Source of the DNA: Candidatus Saccharimonadales bacterium
GTDB taxonomy: Bacteria; Patescibacteriota; Saccharimonadia; Saccharimonadales; UBA4665
Length of the DNA stretch: 64,000 bases
Direction: 5' to 3'
Assembly: GCA_035758575.1 (NCBI GenBank)
Contig: DASTXH010000017.1
Span: 22,945 to 86,944 of the forward strand
Both the position numbers and the translations under genes were made by a program. This document shows, piece after piece, positions 27,117 through 33,940 of the stretch. The number at the start of each line of letters is the position of its first letter. The first letter of the stretch is position 1. The notes under the pieces were generated by a model that saw only the letters and a program-made list of their open reading frames with translations, had not been told where the DNA came from and ran no database searches.

Positions 27117-29009
27117 CTAGAAATACGATGGCGGTGTCATGGGTGGAGGCACCGGCGGCGGGCTGTTTGGCGCGATATTTTGCTGGGCGGGCGCGGCACT
27201 TTGCTGAGGCATCGCAAATGGTGGCGGCGTCGGCTGGTTGTTCACGGATGGCTGGGGTATAGCGGGCATAGACGCTAAGTGCGGCTGCTGTACCAGATTG
27301 CCATCAGCATCAACGCTAATAGGCGCCGAGGCAGCAGGTACGGATGGCGGCGCGATGGTAGCGGCGTCAGTATGAGGATGCAGGCCATCGCCAAGCGGGC
27401 TGGCGTTCAGCGACTGCAACGGCTCAAACCGGGAGCCAGCCGAAGCCAAGGCATCCATCACCTGGTCACGCGCGGCCGTAATGTCACGGGCTGGCGCCAC
27501 AGGCGTACCGACGTGTGGGCTATGTACTGATTCTTCAATCTGGCTCAGCGTCTGGCTACTGGGTGGCGTACTGGGTGCGGGCATACTAGGCATCGTTGGC
27601 ATGGCTGGTGCGGACATAGACGGCGGCATGGGTGCCATAGGGGCCGGCAACGGCACGTCTACCTGAGGCACCGATGGCTGTACAACCGGGGGTTCGGGAA
27701 TGGCAGGCTGCGCTGGCGGCATCATGGGTGCATCGCGTTGCAACAGCGGCATAGCTGGTTCGCTGGCAGGCATGGCCGTAGGTGCGGACGGTTGCGGCAC
27801 AGTCGGTGCTTCGGCTGGGTGCACCTCAGGACGGTCTACTAGGTACGAACGGCTAGCGGCTGGGGCGTCTTCGAACTCACCGGTAAACGGCGTTTCACGA
27901 AGTGACGATCCGTCGGTAGCAGCCTGCGCCGGACTTGGCGTTGGCAGCATTGGCCGATTCGTCGTAATAATCTTGGGGAGCTCTTGCTCTTGTGGTTTGA
28001 TAACCTGCGATGGTTCTGGTGCTGGCACCGCCTCTTCCTCTGCCTCGGGTTTTGGTGCCGGTTGAGCCTTTGGTTCAGGCGCCTCCAGTGGACGCTTCTC
28101 TTCCGGCGACTCTTTACCGTGATCTATTTCGAGCGTACCATCGTCGCTTACCCTGATGGGCGCGATGCCGCTGGGCTGGCTATCGTCGTTGTTACTTGCC
28201 GGAGCGTCATTGACCGGCGCCGACACTTCATTTGCGTGCTGTGCGGCGGCCTGCAGCGATGTTGCTACCAGTTGCTGGTTGGCGCCAGCAGTCATAAGCT
28301 CACCCGCCACGGCCATGGTACGCGGGGTAGTTTTGTCGTTGCTGAAACGTTCGGTTTCGGCAACAACACCGGTAAGAAGCGCAGTAGCGATCTGGCTGTC
28401 TAACGCATCCTTTTGCAAATCAGCCACCAGCTCGGCTACCATTTCAGAGATGGAGCTGGCGCCGATTTCCTGCCATGCGAGCGCGCCAAGGTTGCCGTTG
28501 GGCGTGTTGTTGACACTAATAATAGTGGCATCGTGCAGGATGCGGCCGTGAACGGTAATCGCCTGGTCAAGCTCTTGCTGCTCGTGAGCACCTAGTGCCA
28601 CCACAACATCGACGTTAAAATCACCCTGACTGAACTCTAGGTCGGCCTGACTTAGGCTGGTTTTGTACGGTGTGATAAAAATGCGCACGACCGTATCTTC
28701 TACCTTGTAGCGCAGCTTGTCGGCTTTGGATTTATCGAGCGCGATGATGAAATCGCGCAAGGAATCCGGCGTTTGTTCGATGGTATCCTCGGGTTTCAGG
28801 AACTCCATGGCACTGGGCACCTTACCACTGAAGACGGCGGCGGCGTGCTTGTCCATTTTGTCGAGCACCAAAGATAAACCTATGCAGGCGCTCAAGAGGT
28901 CAACGGTTGGGTCATTCCGTACGGTAACGAGGATATTATTCGCTTGCCTGAGCCGCTCAACGATTTGTTTCTTGATGTCATCCATAGTTTTTATTTTAAC
29001 CTTTACCAT
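27117..29009 (-). CDS. DHH-family (NrnA-like) domain protein with degenerate catalytic motifs and a long Pro/Ala-rich C-terminal region
   Basis: 630 aa. The N-terminal ~200 aa is colinear with NrnA-type DHH domains, but the motifs read TVRNDPTVD, ALGA and VNN instead of HxxPDxD, DT and DHH. The C-terminal ~400 aa is Pro-rich low complexity. Confidence 0.7.
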   Translation of the reverse strand: MVKVKIKTMDDIKKQIVERLRQANNILVTVRNDPTVDLLSACIGLSLVLDKMDKHAAAVFSGKVPSAMEFLKPEDTIEQTPDSLRDFIIALDKSKADKLRYKVEDTVVRIFITPYKTSLSQADLEFSQGDFNVDVVVALGAHEQQELDQAITVHGRILHDATIISVNNTPNGNLGALAWQEIGASSISEMVAELVADLQKDALDSQIATALLTGVVAETERFSNDKTTPRTMAVAGELMTAGANQQLVATSLQAAAQHANEVSAPVNDAPASNNDDSQPSGIAPIRVSDDGTLEIDHGKESPEEKRPLEAPEPKAQPAPKPEAEEEAVPAPEPSQVIKPQEQELPKIITTNRPMLPTPSPAQAATDGSSLRETPFTGEFEDAPAASRSYLVDRPEVHPAEAPTVPQPSAPTAMPASEPAMPLLQRDAPMMPPAQPAIPEPPVVQPSVPQVDVPLPAPMAPMPPSMSAPAMPTMPSMPAPSTPPSSQTLSQIEESVHSPHVGTPVAPARDITAARDQVMDALASAGSRFEPLQSLNASPLGDGLHPHTDAATIAPPSVPAASAPISVDADGNLVQQPHLASMPAIPQPSVNNQPTPPPFAMPQQSAAPAQQNIAPNSPPPVPPPMTPPSYF

Positions 29010-29138
29010 GAAGGTATCACAAATTGCCTATGCTTGTCTACTGGCGTACCCCCGTTAGCTGCCGGTGCATAACTTTACAAATGGGTACCATATCTGTTAT
29101 AGTCACTGGGAAATTATAAAAAATTACGAGGAAGATAC

Positions 29139-29495
29139 ATGCCCATCATCAAGTCAGCCAAAAAGCGCGTTCGTGTTGCCACCAAGGCCGCCATACGCAA
29201 CAGCAAAACCAAGCGTGCCCTGAAGAGCGCTCTGAAGATCTTTACGCGCAAGAGCGATGCCGCTACACACAGCAGCGCCCAAAGCGCCCTGGACAGGGCC
29301 GTCAAAAAGGGCGTGATGCATAAGAACAAGGCTGCCCGCATGAAGAAACAGATGGCTGCCACCGCCAAAGCCGCTGGCACCGCCAGCACAAAGGCTGCCG
29401 CCAAGCCAAAGGCCGCTACTGCTAAGGCGCCCGCCAAGAAAGCCGCACCGAAGAAAGCTGTTGCTAAGAAGCCGGCTGCTAAGAAAAAGGCCTAA
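29139..29495 (+). CDS. rpsT: 30S ribosomal protein S20 with Lys/Ala/Pro-rich C-terminal tail
   Basis: 118 aa. MPIIKSAKKRVRVATKAAIRNSKTKRALKSALK is the S20 core. GAGGAAG Shine-Dalgarno. Tail is AKPKAATAKAPAKKAAPKKAVAKKPAAKKKA. Confidence 0.95.
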   Translation: MPIIKSAKKRVRVATKAAIRNSKTKRALKSALKIFTRKSDAATHSSAQSALDRAVKKGVMHKNKAARMKKQMAATAKAAGTASTKAAAKPKAATAKAPAKKAAPKKAVAKKPAAKKKA

Positions 29496-29511
29496 ATAAC
29501 CCCCCTTCACC

Positions 29512-29538
29512 AAAACCGCCCTCCCGGGCGGTTTTTTT
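29512..29538 (+). terminator. Rho-independent terminator of rpsT (usable in both directions)
   Basis: aaaaCCGCCC-tccc-GGGCGGttttttt: a 6-bp GC stem with 7 T downstream and 4 A upstream. Confidence 0.85.
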
Positions 29539-29556
29539 ATTCCCTAAACGCTATCA

Positions 29557-30155
29557 CTGTTTCTTCTGCCTTGTTCCCTCTATCAAGAATCGAGCCGCCT
29601 TCTTTGCTACGCATACAAACACTAACAACACCTTCCGCTGTGCCTAACAGGCACAGCGTGCTACGCTAGGCCGAGCTCCCCCGTCCTCAGGCACCTGTTG
29701 TAAAGCCTGACAACCAGCCCAACGACTCGTCACTATCGTTCCTCAGGCAGAGTTGGGCTGCCCCTTCCAGGGGAAGTTGTCAGTTCCACCAACAGGTTCG
29801 CCGGGTACGCTCCTCCGCATGGCCGAGGCTGCAAGTGCAGCGGTAGTTTGGTGGTGTGCAGTAATAAACTACCAATACAGCTATGGTCAGTAGCAAGGGT
29901 TGGGCTACGCGGTGCACTGGTGGTTATACGGCATGCGGAGCCCTCACGGTGGAGCTGTTGTGGCAGCGACAATTTCCTTCGGCGGCTCGGCCTGTCTGAG
30001 GCGCTAACTCGCCGAGTCCCGAGCCGATTGTCGCTGTGACAACTGCAACCAGAGAGGTGGAGCTAGCCTTGATCTTTTGGATACTTTTGCATCAAGAGAA
30101 AAGTATCTGGTCGGTTCCTGACAGCAGGAACAAGGCAACAAACACAGAAGAACAG
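29557..30155. ncRNA. Candidate large (~600 nt) structured non-coding RNA of unknown class (alternative: foldback MITE)
   Basis: No credible ORF. The termini pair (29557-29577 with 30127-30155). At least ten nested perfect 8-10-bp helices are present (coordinates in findings). Flanked by convergent genes. The transcribed strand is not resolved. Confidence 0.5.
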
Positions 30156-30201
30156 AAACGGTTGCCGAAGGTACAGCGGAACACGGTAAAACAAAAAAGG
30201 A

Positions 30202-31125
30202 CTAAACGTCCGCTAGACGCAGAAGATAATTTTGCAGGGCTTCGTCTACATCAATCCGCTCGCGCTTGGAGCGCGCGTCAATGACAAGCAAATCAGCCAC
30301 AAGCCGTCTTAGATGATTCATATTCAAGCGATTGGCAATGGGCTGTGCTTTGCGCGCGACAAACGGACTCAGCCTGGCGGCAGCAGCAACATCCTGCGCC
30401 GAACGGCCACCTGCGGCCTTCAGCAGCGCCAACACCCGTAGCTGCCAGGTAAGCATAGCAATGATCTGGGCGGTATCTACCTTTTGCGCGCGTTGGTCGG
30501 CATATAAGCTTAGTACCCTGGCAGTATTGCCCATAAAAGCTGCTTCGAGCAACTCAAAAATACTACCTTGTGGGGTTTGGTCAGTCAGCAGCTCGATAGT
30601 CTCCCGCGTGACAGACGGGCTATACAGCAACAGTTTCTCCAGTTCAAGCGCCAACAATTGTTGCCGGGCGCCGATACGCCCCATCAGATAACGCGCATCG
30701 GCCAGCGAAATACTTCCGCCGGCTGCTTTCGCAGTCGCTACCAGCCACGGTGCCATACCGGCTTCGTCGGGTTCGGTAAAATCGCGGACCTCGGCCAGCT
30801 TCTTAAGCGACTTATAGTAACTTCCCCGTTTGTCAGGCTTTGGTTCAACGATTAAAACATCGGTAGTATCGGGCAGTTCTTTGAACAATTGTTCGGCACG
30901 CTCGGTAAATTGTTTGTTCGCGCTAGGCGTGCGTAGCACCACCAGCTTGCGGTCGGCCAAAAACGGGACGCTCTGCAGACTTTCCTGCAGGCGCTCAAAA
31001 CTGGCTGTTTCGCCGTCCAGACGCTCCAGAGCCATATCGCCATGCGCTGACACAAACGCGGCTACCAGCGAGTCCAATTCACGTTGCAATAAAAAGCTGT
31101 TTTCGCCGGTCAAAACGGTGATCAT
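30202..31125 (-). CDS. holA: DNA polymerase III delta subunit
   Basis: Start is taken at ATG 31125 (MITVLTGENSFLLQRELDSL...), which forms an ATGA overlap with the mutM stop. The ORF-track N-terminal extension lies inside mutM. Confidence 0.8.
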   Translation of the reverse strand: MITVLTGENSFLLQRELDSLVAAFVSAHGDMALERLDGETASFERLQESLQSVPFLADRKLVVLRTPSANKQFTERAEQLFKELPDTTDVLIVEPKPDKRGSYYKSLKKLAEVRDFTEPDEAGMAPWLVATAKAAGGSISLADARYLMGRIGARQQLLALELEKLLLYSPSVTRETIELLTDQTPQGSIFELLEAAFMGNTARVLSLYADQRAQKVDTAQIIAMLTWQLRVLALLKAAGGRSAQDVAAAARLSPFVARKAQPIANRLNMNHLRRLVADLLVIDARSKRERIDVDEALQNYLLRLADV

Positions 31126-32015
31126 AGTACTACGCCACCTGGATAGTCTACCTGCTGGCACTGCGGACATACATGCGTACCCCGCCCGGCCACCTTGATC
31201 TTTATAATGATGGTACCGCAGCGCGGACACGGTTGCCCTTCGCGACGAAATACATTGGCGAAGCTGAGGTAGCTGCCCCTGCGCCCTTCGGCATCTACGT
31301 ATGTCCTGCTAGTGGAGCCGCCCTTTTCTATGGACAGCTTCAGGATGTCAACGATTGCCTGGTGCAATCCTTCTGCCGCGCGTTTGGGTATGCTCTGCAC
31401 TGACGTTCGCGGGTGGATATGTGCGCCCCACAGCGATTCATCGGCGTAGATGTTGCCCACGCCGGCCAGCACGCTTTGGTCGAGCAGCGCTGCCTTGATG
31501 TTGGTTTTCTTGCGCCGCTGCAAACGATCCCATAAGGTATCGGCCGTAAAACTGGCATCAAGCGGTTCAGGCCCAACCGTTTTGAAGAAGTCTATCTGCG
31601 GCACTGCGGCGGTAGGCAACAGACGCATCCAGCCGAACTTGCGCTGGTCGTTGAAAAACAGGCGGCTGCCATCGGTAAAGGTAATGATAACTCGCGTGGA
31701 TTTGTCGGGCAGCTCCCCGACCAGGCTCCCGCTAGGATGCCCGGCGCCGAACTGGACTGCCCTACCACGGAAGACCAGCTGGCCGGTCATCTTCAGGTGC
31801 ACCACCAATGAGTACTTGGTGGAAAACTCTATCAGCAACACTTTGGCACGACGGTCTACACTCACTACTGATGCGCCAACCAAAAACGCGTCCGTGTCGG
31901 CCTGGGCATTGGGAAAACTCTTGGGGTTATCAGAAAAAACCGAAGCAACCACCAGGCCCGGCAACAGCCGGCTCAGGCCACGCTTTACGGTCTCTACCTC
32001 GGGTAACTCTGGCAT
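31122..32015 (-). CDS. mutM: Formamidopyrimidine-DNA glycosylase
   Basis: 297 aa with MPELPEVETV catalytic N-terminus, H2TH and a C-terminal zinc finger CPRCG...CPQC. Confidence 0.9.
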   Translation of the reverse strand: MPELPEVETVKRGLSRLLPGLVVASVFSDNPKSFPNAQADTDAFLVGASVVSVDRRAKVLLIEFSTKYSLVVHLKMTGQLVFRGRAVQFGAGHPSGSLVGELPDKSTRVIITFTDGSRLFFNDQRKFGWMRLLPTAAVPQIDFFKTVGPEPLDASFTADTLWDRLQRRKKTNIKAALLDQSVLAGVGNIYADESLWGAHIHPRTSVQSIPKRAAEGLHQAIVDILKLSIEKGGSTSRTYVDAEGRRGSYLSFANVFRREGQPCPRCGTIIIKIKVAGRGTHVCPQCQQVDYPGGVVL

Positions 32016-32045
32016 TACCCTTTATTATACCTGTAAAATAAGTGG

Positions 32046-32285
32046 ATGGCAGATTCACTCTTCGACATTTTAGCGCGCAAAGACTACGACGAACCGCCGG
32101 AGATTGCCGCCATCAAAAAATACGTTAGCGACCAGTTCGGTGAGGCAGTAGAAGTCGTAATCCGCGAGCGCGACATCACCATTACCGCCTCAAGTGCCGG
32201 CCTGGCGAGTACACTACGATATCATGTGCGGCATCTGCAAAAAGCGGCAGATACTAAAAAACGTTTTATCTTCCGTATTCGGTAG
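32046..32285 (+). CDS. DUF721/DciA-like small protein
   Basis: 79 aa. The pattern ...VEVVIRERDITITASSAGLASTLRYHVRHLQKA resembles the DciA (DUF721) core. Assignment is tentative. Confidence 0.45.
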   Translation: MADSLFDILARKDYDEPPEIAAIKKYVSDQFGEAVEVVIRERDITITASSAGLASTLRYHVRHLQKAADTKKRFIFRIR

Positions 32286-32289
32286 CTGA

Positions 32290-32847
32290 TTACAGGCTAA
32301 TGTTTTGGGTCTGCGTGCTGTAGTCGGGGAACTGTTTCACGAATAGGCTGCGGATAATGGAGACATTACCCTTGAAGGTGCCAGTACCGCACGAGCTGTA
32401 CCAATAGCGTTGCAGGTCGTTGCCACTGCCGTCAATTACCTCATAGATATAGCGGTCGCCTTGGGCACAGTGACCCCGCTCGTCAGCAATGCTCGAGTCG
32501 ACAGCGCCCTTAGTAAAGCCGTTATACGCCAGCGCCTTCAGAAATACGCCATATGCACTGGCGGTCATGGGATAGTTTTTCATACTGACGACTTCGCTGT
32601 CGTAGCCCTTTGTAACCATCAGGCTGGACTGATCGCTGCCGACAGTAAGGATGATGTCGTGGTGCGTATCGGGAGAGGTAACAGGGGAATCAATGGTCAG
32701 CTGCACGCGGACATCGCTATTTGCATAGCTCGGCAGGTCCAACGGCGTTGGGCCTTTGTGGGTGCCTGTCAGCGCTTTGATGATAAGAATCACCACTACC
32801 ACAATGAGGCCGACAGCTAGTAAAAATCCTATAAAATATCGAGCCAT
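32290..32847 (-). CDS. Membrane-anchored extracytoplasmic protein (hypothetical)
   Basis: ATG at 32847 gives MARYFIGFLLAVGLIVVVVILIIK..., a signal anchor, followed by a ~150-aa soluble domain. The upstream extension in the ORF track has no support. Confidence 0.55.
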   Translation of the reverse strand: MARYFIGFLLAVGLIVVVVILIIKALTGTHKGPTPLDLPSYANSDVRVQLTIDSPVTSPDTHHDIILTVGSDQSSLMVTKGYDSEVVSMKNYPMTASAYGVFLKALAYNGFTKGAVDSSIADERGHCAQGDRYIYEVIDGSGNDLQRYWYSSCGTGTFKGNVSIIRSLFVKQFPDYSTQTQNISL

Positions 32848-32941
32848 ACCATTGTCTCTCTTACAGACAATCTTATTTGTAACATAAACGGTCTGTTTTT
32901 GCAAGAAGTATGACCGTAGTAAAAAGGAGTACAATGGGTGC

Positions 32942-33385
32942 ATGCGTGTACGATACGAAACTGGCGTGGCTACCCTGGTACAGTTTGCGGCCGGTACACT
33001 TTTGGCAATCCTCAGCGGCGGCGCATCGGTAGTTGGCGGCTGTTTTCACCAGCCGGGCGTGGACTGTGCCACTAATACCTTTGTTACCCTGCTGCTTATT
33101 ATCCTTACTGCCGGGGCGTTGGCCGTACTGGCGATACTAGGCTACACGGTGCAAGCCCGCCGGAGCCCGAAGTTGGCATATATCCTAATGATGGTCGAAG
33201 CTGGTGCGGCATTGATCTATCTGTTTGATGCCAAACAGGCGCCAGGCTTTGTAGACCGGGCAGCCAACTTTCTGTCATTTGTACTTGCCGCCTGGGTACT
33301 ATGGGTAGCATGGCAATTGGCACGGGCTAAGGGCGGCCGGATCGTGAAGCCGCAGCCGCGGCATCGCCGTGCAGCAAAGCGCTGA
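32942..33385 (+). CDS. Integral membrane protein (4 predicted TM helices), hypothetical
   Basis: 147 aa with four hydrophobic stretches and a basic tail. The 3' end overlaps the convergent HAD gene by 59 nt. Confidence 0.45.
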   Translation: MRVRYETGVATLVQFAAGTLLAILSGGASVVGGCFHQPGVDCATNTFVTLLLIILTAGALAVLAILGYTVQARRSPKLAYILMMVEAGAALIYLFDAKQAPGFVDRAANFLSFVLAAWVLWVAWQLARAKGGRIVKPQPRHRRAAKR

Positions 33386-33938
33386 GCTGGGTTTTCATCT
33401 GGGTGAAGTCGGCATACTGGATAGCGCGCATGCCCACACCTTGGGCGCCCATGCAGTATTCTTCACGGTCATCAATCAATACACAGGCATTCAGACGCAC
33501 GCCTAGCCGCTGCGCAGTAATCTCATAGGCCTGGGGCTCCGGCTTGGCATAGCCGATTTCACCCGAGGTAATAATAAGGTCAAACGACTGCTCCAGTTCA
33601 CCGGGACTAAAGCGGCGTGCGAGACCGCCGGGGCTGACGTTGCTAAGAAGAGCCGTCTTGTACGCGCCACGTAATTCTTTCGCGTAGTCGAGTATCCGTT
33701 GATCTTTTACCTCGCCTGCCGTCAGGTAAGCGCGGTATTGTTCCAAAGACAAACCAAAAATAGCGGCCAGCTGTTGCTGGTATACATCGCGTTCCAACAT
33801 ACCCCGATTTCCCGCGGCTACTATGTCTAGGACTTCCTGCACACGGTCAGGATCGGTATTGCTCAACTGCTGGACGAGCATTTCCAGCGCGTCGGTTATG
33901 ACCACGCCGAAACAGTCAAAAATAACAGCCTCTATCAT
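33327..33938 (-). CDS. HAD-superfamily hydrolase
   Basis: 203 aa with motif I IFDCFGVV, and motif III/IV regions (KPEPQAY, LIDDRE). Confidence 0.8.
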   Translation of the reverse strand: MIEAVIFDCFGVVITDALEMLVQQLSNTDPDRVQEVLDIVAAGNRGMLERDVYQQQLAAIFGLSLEQYRAYLTAGEVKDQRILDYAKELRGAYKTALLSNVSPGGLARRFSPGELEQSFDLIITSGEIGYAKPEPQAYEITAQRLGVRLNACVLIDDREEYCMGAQGVGMRAIQYADFTQMKTQLSALLHGDAAAAASRSGRP

Positions 33939-33940
33939 CC

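Noticed and set aside
29541-30201. Whether the large structured region is RNase P RNA, tmRNA, SRP RNA or 6S RNA.
   Set aside because: I searched both strands by eye. There is no GAGGAAAGUCC-type P4 5' strand and no ACAGAAnnCGGCUUA 3' strand in the right order. There is no tRNA-like acceptor/T-arm ending in CCA, no plausible tag ORF ending in hydrophobic Ala-Ala, and no SRP GGAA/AGCA domain IV motif. At ~600 nt it is far too long for 6S or SRP RNA. This is not a model-based search, so it is a provisional rejection.
31126-31230. The N-terminal extension of holA in the ORF track (start at 31230).
   Set aside because: The extension lies entirely inside mutM. ATG 31125 gives the canonical MITVLTGEN… delta-subunit N-terminus and an ATGA stop/start overlap.
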